Of a DNA stretch of 64,000 nucleotides, positions 49,954-62,209 are shown one piece after another. Every line of letters begins with the position of its first letter. Within the stretch, counting starts at the first letter, position 1. Made by a program: the position numbers and the translations under genes. The stretch comes from Azolla caroliniana (Eukaryota > Plantae > Polypodiophyta), in contig JBHGNT010000020.1 in assembly GCA_043228905.1 (NCBI GenBank), forward strand, positions 5,332,001 through 5,396,000, in the 5' to 3' direction. Below the pieces are notes generated by a model, which saw nothing but the letters and a program-made list of their open reading frames with translations, was not told the DNA's origin and did no database searches.

Positions 49954-52900
49954 CCGCTTCTCGATCGAGTAGAGTAATGTTGCGTGGTCTACGTGAAACG
50001 TAAATTTTTGCCTAAGTAGATAATGTCGAAATTTGTTGATGTTGTAGATCATACCCAAGGTCTCATGCTCAGTCGTGGAGTAGTTCCGTTTAGCATATGA
50101 TAATTTACGATTGGCGTAATAAACCAGTCGGTACCAATTAGGCTCTATGAGCTGCATCAATGCACTACCTATTGCGATATCTAAGGCATCTACAAATACG
50201 TGAAAAGGTGTCGTCCAATCTGGTGGTTATACAATTGGTGCTTGGGTTAGCATTATCTCCAGTGCCTCATACGCTTTGTCTTCTATTGTCGTCCACTTAA
50301 AAGGAGTACGATGTATGGTAGCGTGTAATGGAGTCGTGAAATCCGCCAAGTATCGTAACATATGGTTGTGACAACGTTTTTGCCCTAAGAAGCGGCTAAG
50401 GGTTTTGGCATTAGTTAGGGTCTTCGCTTCAATGATTGCCGTGATTTTGTTAGGGTCTACTGCTATCCCCTCCTTGCTTATTATATGTCCGAGGAGTGCT
50501 CCGTTGGTCACACCAAATGCACATTTCGCCAGATTAAGACTGAGGCGTGACGTACGACAACATTCCAAACAAAGCCGTAGATGCCCCAACTATTCATCTC
50601 GCCTTCCTTACACCGTAAAGTCAATGAGAAAAACTTGCATAAATGCAAGTATGTATTCTCCAAATATCTATGTAATTGTTCGTTGGAAAGTGGTTGGCGT
50701 CATTTTCAAACCAAACATCATTACTACAGCAATGAACATGCCCCAGTCCATCACGAACACAATCTTCTCTTGGTCGTCAGGGTGCATACATACTTGATTG
50801 TATCCGCTAAAGCCATCCAAAAAACTATACATGTCATGGCCCGCGATGGCATCTAGTACGCTATCTGTAAAAGGTAAGGGAAATGCATTTGTAATTGTTA
50901 CGATGTTTAGCTTGCGATAATCCACACAAATGCATTGTCGTGCCTTTCGACACCGGATCGTTGCGTGAGTCGGGTGGGAACCATCAGGGTTTTGGACTAG
51001 GAGGAGAGTTTTAAGGCTAATATGAATATAAATAGATTATAAGAAAGAGAGATTGGAACTTGTGAATACCACAAGTATAATGTATTTTATTAATCAATAT
51101 CTAGATACGAATATGAATTTAGATTGAATGAGAAGGATATAGAAACCTCGTGAATCCTACGAGTATAGTTTATTTATTTTATTAATATTTAAAACTCTAA
51201 TAATAAATTAGAATAGATTGGAAGAGAAAGATATAGAAAACTTGTGAATTCCACAAGCATAGTTTATTTTATTAATCATTATTTTTTTGAACCCTATGAT
51301 TTTTCATCCATAATTTTCTCTCCCTTTATTACATTGTGCTCCCCATCCTTATATAGTGATGAGAGAGTCTTAGCAATCCATGCTTTTTCTTTAACTATGG
51401 ACTTCATGCTTTCTCTATCTATAGACCTATATGCTTTCTCTAACATGCTTTTTCTAACCTCATGCATTTTTTATCGACAATAGTGTTTATTCTATCATCA
51501 TTTTTCTTCTAAGTAAAGCTTTTTCCTAGAAAATATACGTGAAGTAACCTTTCTATGTGGGATATCTACTTTTTTAATACTCATGATGTGTTAGTGTAAT
51601 GGTAAGGTTTCAAATTATTAACATGGAGGTACAAGGTTTGAATCTTGCCCTATGCATGTAACATGTATTCTTATATTTTCTTTGTTTTCTTCATATTTAT
51701 TAAATCAGGTACTTTATATGTTTTTCACGTAGTGTACGAAAATTTCGGATCCAACCCTTTCATCTCCTCATGTGACCATGCGAAAACATCCTTATATTCC
51801 CAGAGTAGTTCTGTCATTATCGTCTTCTCACCTGAGGTCGGGTCCCTAGCAATTGAGAGTAGTCGTGGCACCTCCGTCGTTCCGATGTTGACTTCTTCGA
51901 ACGCAGAAGCGGTGACTCGACGCAAGATTTCCATTTCTTTTTCGAACGCTTCTTGTGCCCTACTTAACTCTATTATCGACTTAGGATCAAGCTCGTACTC
52001 CTCTTCTTGAAGCATACTGGTTGGGGCGTACTCCGTAGCGGTTTCCATTACGTCAATTTCGAATAATGGCACAATTTGTGGGTTTTCATCGAGGTATGCC
52101 TCAAGCTTAGTATCATCCAATCATTCCAGCATATTAATATCTTCGGCGTATAATGGCTTTATGCCCTTGGCTAGGGCCGTCGTTTCCTGCATAGGTACAC
52201 GAACTTTGTTGCGGCCTCGTCGGAAGCTGATACAGTTATGCCGTCAATTCTGCTTGATGTTGGTAGAGCATAACCATGGTCTGCCTAGCAAAATTGGATA
52301 CACTCCCAGAGTGTCTAATGCGAGCACCAACACAAAGATGTCAAAGTGATGGCCTCCGACGACAATTCCTAATTTCCGAATTAACCCGAGGGGCCTGATG
52401 GAATGGGTGTCCGCCATATAGAGCCAGAAAGGGCATGCTTCCCAATCTATAATGCCTAGTCGAGTACACATGCTTGTACTAATGACGTTTACGCCAGACC
52501 TCCCATCGACGATGCATCCCGGTATTTCTTGATCCTTCAGTACCACTTTAATGGCCGGATTGTGGTGATCTACTACTACTGGACCAGTACTAGACTCTGC
52601 GAAATTGACTGAGACATCTAATCCGGTTGTGCCTCATATACGATTCTCTACCACCTATCGGAATCGTGGAACCAAGCTGAGGAGTTTTTCCATGGTCAGT
52701 GTTATTTCACAGTCTGCCAATGCTTGCCATATGGGGTCCGGTGCTAATACGTTATCCTTCGTCTGCAAGCTGGCGTTCATTGATTCTTGTTTCATACGCT
52801 CCGCATTCACCGCATTCGCTTTTTCTACCCAGGCCTGGGCTGCTTTGCGTATCTTATCTTGTTCTGCCCATTTTTTGTTTTTCGCATGTTGCCACGTTGT

Positions 52901-53900
52901 GACTTGTTGGACTTCTGCCATGATTGTATTTATGGTTGGTTCCTTACCTTTGTGACGCGGACACTGCGTCGCGTAATGACCGGGTTGCTGGCACACGAAA
53001 CAATGTACGCTTGACTCGCCTCTCTCTACAATCATTGTCGCTCCATATAGCATACTACAGGTGTGGGCCTATTCAGCATATTGTACTCACATTGATCCAC
53101 CATGTGTGCCAGTGAGTGGCAAATGGGGCAATGTATTCTCATCTTACATTCGACCGCGGAATGCCCGGAGTTTAAATAGATTGTGCATTGAATGGCATGG
53201 CGGAATTGATGTTCCTCTTCTTGAGGCAACACCTGCCGTAGCAATGCCATGGACAGTCCTTCATCTTCCTCCTCTAACTCGAGCTATAATGCTCACTCGA
53301 TGACCATATCCGGCATTTCCCCTTTCACGTTGTGCGTGTTCAGCATCATCCTAATATGTCATCGTAATGCTGCCAAAAATGTTTCCTTGGCTTCTTCGTC
53401 TACCGGGGCCCGTGTAAGGTTCCGTCGTAAACTCTGGAAACGCAGACTCAAATCCACTATGAATTCTGTTGGAAGTTGCTTGATGGTATAGAACTGACCG
53501 ATAATTTCACATTGTGGCACCCTTTGATGAAAAAAATGCAAGAACACCGATTGCAATTGGTCGAAGGTTGTCATTGCTACCAAATCCATCTGGGAATGCC
53601 AGCATGCAGCCCGACCGTCCAAAGTTAACCCGAACTCGGCGATCTTCGATGCATGGGCTTTCACGTCTGGAAACCGATGCGCGATGTGATTAACATTCTA
53701 GACATTGAGGAACGATCGTATGTGGCTCGCAGCATTGGTTTCTCCGTTGAAGCGAGGGTATGAAAAAGCCATTGCGGTCGCGATGGTGATGGTCGGCAAA
53801 AGAAGGCTACTGACACTGCGGTGTGGGCTATTGTGGCGTTTGTTCGCACTACTTTGGTCGTGTGGCGATAAGACTTCATGATCGAAGCTGCTCTGTTCTA
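49954..53900 (-). pseudogene. gag-pol: Gypsy B gag-PR-RT-RH (decayed, interrupted at 50936-51739)
   Basis: SKIAEFGLTLDG, CFVCQQPGHYATQC, IVDGRSGVN, YSFLDGFSGYNQ, NYSTTE. Confidence 0.9.
50936..51739 (-). mobile_element. AT-rich solo-LTR-like insertion with adjacent host deletion
   Basis: Starts TGTCG and ends ...TACGA; minus-strand TATATAAG near 51350. Host RT lacks the ~200 bp between DPKF and CVDY; no TSD. Confidence 0.6.
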
Positions 53901-54294
53901 TGAGTGTGGAGTCAACCGTGTACTCATGAAAAGAGGAGGTGTGGTCGTTGAGGCGGGGTTTCCACGTAGCGCGTTCTTCTATCTATTTGGTGATGGATCT
54001 AGTTAGTGGTCGATCTTGTCGCGTAGGTTCTCTGATACATCAGCGGCTAGACATCCATTCCTTGCTTGCTCGACTGTGAGGATTCACAAATCACCAAGCG
54101 TGCCAAAAGTGTTACCAATTAGGAACACAATCCACCCTTAGTCCTTCGGAGTAGCTTTCAAGGTGATCGTGGTGCAAGGGAATAGGGATGCGTAGTGCGT
54201 GATTTGTAACGCGTAAGGGGAAGACGGCTACAACCTAACCTCCATAGGGGCGTAGCACCCAACACATACTTTCCTGGTGTTTACTGCAACACAG

Positions 54295-54727
54295 TGTTAA
54301 CTCTTCGGGCCGGACAATGGCCTAACACAGGGTGTCTACGGGAGACACTTCACCAAAGGGTGTTACGGCAACCGGATTAGACTTCAACGCTTAATCCGGT
54401 TTAATCAAGTTACTTATTAGGATCGTCTTCATAACACGCGTAAGATATAACAATTAAGACAGAATGGCAATTAACACAGAGATATAACAACGCTTAAGCT
54501 TTCATTAATTAACCGCTAACTATTACATTGTATCCGACCTTTTAAATAGGTTTCCGGTCTGTATTACAAAACGGTGCCATCCGCACCTGTTCGGGATCGG
54601 TCCGGATCCGGAACGGCATACCGATTCTGGTCCGTCCGTCCACACTCATAGCTTAATTACAACCACATTCCTACTACTTAATTAGCTCTCCGTTTCCCAC
54701 TCTGGACTCCTTTGCCGGCCGGTAACA
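54295..54727 (-). mobile_element. Solo LTR (Y-type) inside the 5' LTR of B
   Basis: TGTTA...TAACA with perfect TSD CACAG. Confidence 0.93.
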
Positions 54728-55002
54728 CACAGTCTTGTATAGAGAACAAGAAACGGAAACAAGAGAACAATACACCAATAGAACGAATACCAAAATCAAA
54801 GAAGATAAATTATATTAAAACGGCACTCTCATAATACGCTAGCTCTTTACAATGGTCTCTCGCCCCTTATATACACAGGGCTTCTAATCGGTTACGCTCC
54901 CTACGTAAAACCGTTACACGCGTTACTTTAATGCTCCTAATACAATACTTTATTTTTCATGCGTTATGTCCCGCGGTTACAATTCCGGCGAACAACAAAT
55001 AT

Positions 55003-56676
55003 CCATCCAGTGAAGACCTCGAGTGCTTCATCTTTGGACTTGATGGAGGAGTATGCCCAAACTTTCTGTGTACAGTCATCTACGAATGTGATGAAGTACC
55101 GAGAGCCTCCTAGTGATCGCTCTGGCATGGGCCCACATATGTCTATTTGCATGAGCTCTAGGGGTTGTTGTACCGTCTCGTAGTGGAGAGAGTGCGGACT
55201 TCGGGTTTGTTTCCCATATCGACAATGCTCGCAGAAGTCTGTCTTTGCCTGGAGTTTCAGGATGTAGCCGACCGACATCAGCTGATCAAGTCCGTCTTGT
55301 GACATATGGCTGAGTCGGCCATGCCATAGGTTTGGGTCGGTCTTTTCAGCTATGTTCACGGCCTCTTCAGGGTTGATCGCCATCAATCAGTACAGATTAT
55401 TGTACTTGTACCCACTCCCGACTTTGATGTTTCCTCGGATGATCACCCATGTCGACTCGTGTAGAGTCATTCTATACCCATCTTCGGCTAACATGCCGAT
55501 GGAGACCAGACTCCTCTTTAGATCGGGTACATGCCGAACTTGGTGCAGGGTTATTATGTTGCCATTTGGCAATCTTATGGGAACTTCTCCAGTTCTTGCT
55601 ATCTTGCACTCCTGCCCGTTTCCTAGTCGAATTGTGCCGCTGGCGTTGATTGAATAGTTCGAAAACCATTCAATGTTCGAGGTCACATGAAATGTGGCGC
55701 CAGAGTCTAGTAGCCATGTGTGCGCAGCTTGTGCGCTGTAGAGGACCTCTCCGATCATCGAATCCTCTAGGGAGAGAATTTCTCCGGATCAGGTGTTGGT
55801 AACATTGACCTGGTTGCGGACTGGAGAGTGGTCCAAGTCGGAACGTCCCCGATTCCGCTCGGATTGCCGACCACTCTCTTTTCTCTTTATTGATCAGCAG
55901 TCGAAAATATTGTGGCCAACTTTCCTACAGTGTGTGTAGTATTCGCTTGATCAGCCTGTTTTTTACTTCGACCGTTGTCGGTCTCCTCTCATTTTCGATC
56001 GGTTGTAGCGTTGACCGGTTCTATCAGCTTGTTCTTTCGTTCGACTCTGTCAGTCAAACAACTTGGTAGAGTGGTGGGCTTCTGCTGACTCGTCGATAGT
56101 TAGTCCCATCGATTTTCACCGAATGTCCTCTGTGAGGACTTGGCCGATTGTTTCGTCCAGATTCAAGATCGGTCGGCTATTGGCGTATGTCGTGCAGAAT
56201 ACCTCCCAACTCGCCGGTAAGCTCGATAGGAGGACAAGGGCTTTAACTTCTTCTTCGAAGTTGATCCCTTGTGACGAGAGCTCTGACAACACCCGGCTAA
56301 AGGTGTTGATGTGGGAGGTTGTCGGATCGGTCTCTCTCATCTTCAAGTTGAACAGTTGTTTGATCAGAATCAATTTCGAAGATGAGGACTTCTTTTCATA
56401 AACAGCCTGTAGCTTCTCCCACAATGAGAACGTTGTCATCTCTTTCGCCATACTGAAATAGACATTTTTGGCCAGATGCATTCGGATGGTGGAGCATGCG
56501 ATTTCATCCATTGATCTCCACTCCTCGGTTGTCATTGAGGCAGGTTTTTCACAGTGCCTAATGGCTTCGACCTGCCTTTGGATGATCAGCACATCTTGCA
56601 TCATCTCCTTCCACAGGGCAAAATTTTTGTCATCGAATTTTCTGATTTCAACTCTTGTTTCGGATGTTGAAGCCAT
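55003..56676 (-). pseudogene. gag-pol: Copia F gag-PR-IN N-part
   Basis: MASTSETRVEIRKFDDKNFALWK, WLLDSGAT, LWHGRLSHMS, YFITFVDD. Confidence 0.9.
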
Positions 56677-57102
56677 ATTCTTTTTTTGAACTTGAGATTT
56701 CTAACCTGGTCTTTTCTTTCAGCTTCTTCTTCTGTTGTCTGTTGCTGCCGAACAACAAGGTTGGCTCGGATACCAGTTGTTGACAACGAGTGCGTTTTGC
56801 GGAAACGTGTATGGATCTGTTGTCGGTTATGAACAACAAACAATGTAGATAGAAAGATAGAATAGGCGTAGACTTACACAGTGCAAGCTTTAATGGAAAG
56901 CTTTATTGCTTCGTTCTCACTATCTCTCAAAGATACAATACGCAGAACTAGAGAATCAGTTCTCTATCTCTTCATCTCTCTTCCACTCGTCGTCCTTTAC
57001 AATGTTAGGTATTTGCTTATATACTAAGCCCTAACTTATTAACAAGTTCACACTCAGACGGATACAATTTGGAAGGAGTCGGCCTTTTATGCTAACAAAT
57101 AC

Positions 57103-57632
57103 AAGGTCAATATGGGTGAAGAAAAAATTAACGCAATACTGAAACGCCATAGAAACAACACTTTGAAGCTAGTATCTAATTCATTGGACAAAGGGTGGTA
57201 GACATGGTCAAAACCATCAGCGGAACTACAACTATTAAGGGCCAACAAGGACAATCGGAAAACGCAAGGGTACGATTCTTCAAGATAACAGAAGAGGCAA
57301 TATCGGCGGTACAAGAGGAGATTGCTCGAGATTTGTATGAGATTGCAACAGCTCATCGAGAAGAGATAAGTCAAGTTATGCAAGAATTTGATAAGCATGA
57401 AATCGACACCTCTGTGCAGTTAGACGTGTATGAACAAACCAGAAGAAGTCAGACACCTGAGCTCGGTGCCACAACATCCCCACAACCACCAATAGCACCT
57501 CACAACGCTTACGAGGAAGAAGCTGATGACACGGATTCCGAGGAAGGAGACCAAGGTGAACCATCGTTGTTCAACATTTTGCAGGATAACGCAGAAGATG
57601 AAAATGACCCTCACTCCGACCAACAGGGGTAG
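57103..57632 (+). pseudogene. Gypsy A ORF2 C-terminus
   Basis: Continues the frame from 24205; acidic tail ends at TAG 57632. Confidence 0.75.
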
Positions 57633-57641
57633 TCTGATGCC

Positions 57642-57684
57642 GTGGGTTCGACCGGGCAAGCCCTTGGCCCACGGGCATGCCAAG
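57642..57684 (+). promoter_or_regulatory. tRNA-3'-end-like motif in place of a PPT (element A)
   Basis: GTGGGTTCGA-ccGGGCaaGCCCtt-GGCCCACGGGCATGCCA-AG then TGTT. Confidence 0.8.
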
Positions 57685-58196
57685 TGTTAGCCGGACAGGA
57701 TGGGCATCGGATAAGTGTGGAAGCGTCGGAGTCGACAAGGTTCGGAAAGTACGGAGTCGGAGTCGAATCGACTATGTGGATCGATGAGTCAGCAGTTTTT
57801 CCAACTAAATAAAAAATACGAATATTAATTAGGGTTAGTTAGATTTTTGTTAGTTCTTGCCGATAAGGCAACTTATTATTCTTGATAGAATGACCTATCG
57901 GGTTACCTATAAAAAGGAACCCAAGGCAATGTAACACTATCATCTGTTTTAATTAATATAGTTTTTAGTTGTAGGAATTCTAAGCACTTGTGTTAATATT
58001 TATATAGATCTATATGTTGTTCTATTATAACTGTACTAACTAACAGAATCGATCACGATATAGAATACGGTATCGTAGTATATGATTAACATAGTTTAAT
58101 CCATTTGTACTCTACAATTCTTTGATAAAATGTTCCGAATAGAACGTTCGATTTTCCTAATTGTCGGTGTCAGAGTAGGTTGTCGACCGAACAACA
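57685..58196 (+). repeat. 3' LTR of Gypsy A
   Basis: Matches 11518-12029. Confidence 0.93.
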
Positions 58197-58201
58197 GTCG
58201 T

Positions 58202-58547
58202 GGCGTTGTCGACCACGAAAGCCAAGTATATGGTTGTCGCGGAAGCCAACAAGGAGGTAATATGGATGAAGGATTTCATCAGAGAGTTGGGAATTCGGCA
58301 AGAGGAATTCCGACTCCACTGCGATAACCAGAGTGCCATCCACCTTGCGAAGAATGCCGCCTACCACTCGAGGACCAAAGAAGATACCAATGGCTCTGAG
58401 AGCGAGTAGAAGAAAAGGATTTTGCTCTAGTAAAGATCCATACGAACGACAATGGGTCAGACATGTTGATGAAAGTTTTGTTGGTCGAGATGTTGGATGC
58501 ATGCCGATAAAGGGTCGGACTGATGAAGCACCCCATGCCGGAGTGAA
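58202..58547 (+). pseudogene. pol: Copia G RNase H C-terminus
   Basis: ALSTTKAKYM, LHCDNQSAIHLAKNAAYHSRTK. Confidence 0.9.
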
Positions 58548-59246
58548 GGGGATTTTGTTGGGAAATAGGTCCCTCCAGATGGGAAGAAGAGAACTAACTG
58601 AATCGAAGAGACATGGGTAATTTGGCCAAGGCTGAAATTGAAAATTGAAAATCGATTATATAACTGATTCGGGAGACTATATTTGTAAATAGTCTAAAGG
58701 TGCCCCATGTGGGCTATATTTGTAAATAGCCTGAAAGTTGTATAAGTATAAATACAACTAGGGCAAACTTTATGTATAATGATGTTATCGCTAGGGCCGG
58801 ACAATGGCCTAACACAGGGTGTCCCTCTGAGACACTTCACCAAAGGGGTGTTGCGGTGAGATAGAGTTAGACTAATGGTTAATGGAACCTTGATTGGTTA
58901 CTAAGCGGCAAGATCATTAGTCACGATACACGCGTAGGATAAATTACACTTAGCACAGAACGGTAATTAACACTTGATTAAAATACAAAACAACAACACT
59001 CTATTAATTATCCGCTAATGATTACAATCTAACCAGCCCTTTTTATAGGTCTCTGGTTTTAGGTACAAACCGGTGCCAACCGGCAACCGGCTACGAACCG
59101 GTCCGGATCCGGATTGGCATACTGATTCCATGTCCGTCCGTTCACTTCTCAAATCATAATAACTCTATATAAATATATAATCAGCTCCCAGTTATTAATT
59201 ATCCCCTCGTTTCCCATTCTGGACTTCCCTTGTCGGCCGACTAACA

Positions 59247-59290
59247 CATGGCACACCCGTGGGACAGTACCTTGTACGTCGAATCCCACT
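59247..59290 (-). promoter_or_regulatory. tRNA-3'-end-like motif in place of a PPT (element H)
   Basis: Minus strand GTGGGATTCGA-cGTACaagGTACt-GTCCCACGGGTGTGCCA-TG then TGTT. Confidence 0.8.
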
Positions 59291-59309
59291 ATCCGGCCTT
59301 CATTCATCC

Positions 59310-62209
59310 TCTAAAATGTCCAGAATACTTTGATCTAGGCTTCCAATGGTTCCTCAGGAAGTTGTTCTGTCATCTGCTGTTGTTGTTCCCCCTCCTACTG
59401 TTCCTGCGGTTGTGGTTGCTCTTCTTTCCACTCCGGCACCAGTTGTGGCTGCTGTTGGTTGCCTTCTATTGCCTGCGGCTCCATTGGTCTGATCAGCTCT
59501 GTCTCCATTTCCGGCTCGACAGATCTTACCGGCTCTTCCTCCTTTTCCTACTCAACCGGCCTTGGCGTTTCTTGGTTCTGTTGTTCGGTGTTCCCTGGTT
59601 CCTGCGGATGACCTTCCTTTAGCGTCTCCTCTTGAGTACTATCTGGTTGGCTTCCCCCAGCTTCAACCGGTGTTTTCTCTGAAGATGGATCCTTGTCACT
59701 TATGCTAATCGTCACAGTTTTCTTGGCCACTTCTTGCCATCGTCGTTCCCGTTCGTACTTCTCGAAACAGAGTTGGTTGTCCAACTAGTCATCATCCAGC
59801 TAGACCACCAACTGGCGTACCGCCATCCTCTGCTCATCAGCCAAGGATAGGAAATCATCCGACAGTTCATCCTTTATTGTTTCAATGCTTTCTCTATCAA
59901 GGATGTAAACTTCGTCGCCTTCCTTCCGTCGGTTTTCCGCATCGGCTCGCAACAACTGTAGTTGGGCTGCCTGCTTAGCCCATTTCGATCACCACTGTAC
60001 TGAGCTTTCTTCCACCAATTGCTTCGTTCGATTCCTCCATGACAGTACAATGTCCCGGATCCGCTCCAGCCCCATCTTCGACTTGTTTTCCACGGCATGT
60101 TTTCGTCCTTCAATTGTTTGATCAGGCTTGTTGTTGCCACTTCTTGGCTTTTATAGTGCATGAGTTAGGTCTAATATGTCGTCTGAACTCTGTTCAGAGC
60201 CATTGTAGCGCGCTCCGTTTCCGCATGGTGCTGCACTTGCAGGTCCAGTCGCTCTTTCGTTGTTGCCGCCAATTGTTTCGCTTGTTCGGCTCCCTTCGAC
60301 TGCTCTTCCATCACTGCCGTCGTCAACCGGTTAACTTCCTCCCGGAGTTCTCTACACTTTTCCTATTGCTGGTCACTTTCGGTAGTCAATTTATTATGAT
60401 TGTCATCCAAATGCTTATAATCTCAGTGCAGTTGGTCGAAGTCGTCGGTTTTCTGTTTGAGCTTTTGATTTATAAGCCGACGAGCGTAGTCCTCACGAAC
60501 TTTGTGTTGCCGGAGCTCTTCTTTGAGGCGCTCAATCTCTACTTCCGCCATCCTCCGGAGTTTCTCTTTTTCTTTTAGGAGTTTTTCTTTCTCTTCTTTC
60601 AGCCGATCATACACTTGATGCCCTCTTCTCAAGCTTTCCTCTGTTCGGCGAAGGTTGTCGGCCGTTCTCCTTTGTTCCTCCTTCGCCGCTTTTTTCAATT
60701 CTCGTTCCCTGGCACGTAAGACTTCTTGTGCTGCCAGGTCTTCCCTTAGTGTGGCGAACTCCTGTGCAGACGATTCATGAGTATTTGGGCCCGCCGCCAT
60801 CACCGGGGTTTGATTGTTTTGTCGAGCTACCGGGGCCACCGATTTTGATTGTTGTGATCCTTCTATGACCAACTTGGCCATGTCCGTTCTGGCCTTCTCT
60901 ATGTCTTCTTCCATGCTCCGGATTCTTGACCGGGCCATCTCTAATTTCTCAGTTGTGGCTAGCAACCAGGCTTCCTGCGCTTTTTCTTCCGCTTCTAACT
61001 GACCGACAACACCAGTCACTTGTTCTGCTACCCATCGGAGCCATCGACTACCGATGCCTTGTGGTCGTGCCAGTTTTGGTCGTGGGATGGCGTTTCCACT
61101 GGTCACGAGCCCACTATTGATGGTTACGTCACACAACCGCTCCCATTTTGGTTGTTGTTGTTGCGGCGGTGATGCCGACAATTCAATGACCGGGTCTTGA
61201 TTCACCGATACTGCCGTGTCTTGGACCACTGGTTCCGCGATGTCCTGCCGCAACCCTTGCTCCGTTCTTGATTCTTGTTGAGCCAACTTTGCCACCTTCC
61301 TCGGCTGCGGCTCCTTAGGGGAGGGTTCCCGTCTATTGTCCTCCGTTAGGCTTGATGTTCCCCCTTCGTGGCCCTTTTCTCTTGTATGGCGACGCCGTAG
61401 CAACGTCTCGGTCGGCTCGTCTTCCTGTTCTTCTTCCAGGGTCTCGTTGTTGATTACCGCCGCCAAGGGGTCTTGCCCCTGCGTTTTCTCCGATTGCTAC
61501 TCTACTTGTTGTTCTGATAGGCGCAACTTGATTTTCAACAGTCTCCCTGAGGTGTCCACCGAGGCCTCCTTCTCAGCCAGTCGCTTTCGATTAGGCCGTT
61601 CCTTCTCCTGGGTAGCCAGGAGTTGCTGCCGTTTTGAAGTTGTTTTGGGGGTCACTTCTGTCGGTCTTCCCCTCTTCCCTTGTTTCATGGGCTCCACCGG
61701 TGGTGCTAACAGAGCGAGCCATTGTGCCACTACTATCCACATCTTTTTGCCATCTTTTATCGAGACGATGGCAGTGCTTAGGCCGTCGGCAATCATTACC
61801 AGCCAATCCACCTATACTCCCTCGTAGGTGGCTATGATTAGACCGGCTCTATTCCTGGGCATCGCCGGTGGTCGGGGGTACACATGGCCATATTCGTGGA
61901 GTACGCGACCAATTTCCCGAAACAAGAGATCTTCACCGCCTTGCGTGTGGTACGCCTTGCTGCCCAGGGAGTATTCCCCAAAATACCTCGTCAGCAACTC
62001 CGGTGAAGGGTTGTCGATCGAGTAGATTCCCCCTTCCGGTAGGCGGTCATGGCTCGGATGGCTTCCTCGGTGATGACCTCCGTGTCGAGGTTTTTAACGA
62101 CATTTTCCGCATCTCCGTGTGGCGGTGCTTCGACGATTCGCAAGAATCCCTCCAAACCGTGTTGCTTCAGCCATTTCCTAGCCGCTTATGAGAGTACCAT
62201 GCATTCCAT
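59310..62209 (-). pseudogene. Gypsy H ORF2, full extent (roughly 950 codons, disrupted)
   Basis: Fragments 61812-61997, 61497-61811, 60423-61466 and 59548-59784 are colinear with ORF2 of A, B and M. Confidence 0.8.

Larger units (their letters stand above)
27247..54997 (-). mobile_element. Gypsy B (same group as A), carrying several later insertions
   Basis: LTRs 27247-27696 and 54110-54997 (the latter split by a solo LTR); TSD GATAT/AATAT; PBS TGGCACGCTTGGTG at 54092-54105. Confidence 0.9.
24206..57097 (-). mobile_element. Copia F, split by Gypsy B
   Basis: LTRs 24206-24511 and 56778-57097; TSD AATAT/AATAC; PBS TGGTATCCGAGC 56764-56775; PPT next to 24512. Integrase FTGWI|SKVENRSG rejoins across 54998/27246. 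Confidence 0.93.
11518..58196 (+). mobile_element. Ty3/Gypsy non-chromovirus element A with extra 3' ORF
   Basis: 512-bp LTRs 11518-12029 and 57685-58196 (TGTT...AACA); TSD GCCGT/GTCGT; PBS TGGCATGCCCGGT at 12039; gag-PR-RT-IN order. Confidence 0.93.
7343..58782 (+). mobile_element. Copia G (Tnt1/Tork-like), outermost host of the nest; 3' LTR interrupted by element H
   Basis: 5' LTR 7343-7924 matches the partial 3' LTR 58556-58782. PBS TGGTATCAAAGC 7928-7939; PPT gagtgaaggggattt before 58556. RNase H breaks at 11517 (..KAV) and resumes at 58202 (ALSTTKAKY). Confidence 0.9.

Noticed and set aside
51040-51280. CRISPR-like array (hairpin repeats with spacers)
   Set aside because: Only three degenerate units, the spacers are themselves similar, the context is a eukaryotic LTR, and no cas genes are present.
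57620-57684. Calling the pre-LTR motifs functional tRNA genes
   Set aside because: There is no D-arm, anticodon arm or 5' acceptor strand; CCA is encoded; the T-loop is interrupted; and the ORF2 stop lies just upstream.
11518-58196. Reading the Gypsy elements in the opposite orientation, with the inverted PBS as the true PBS
   Set aside because: gag-pol, ORF2, the LTR TATA box and a normal PBS after the upstream LTR all agree on the assigned strand.
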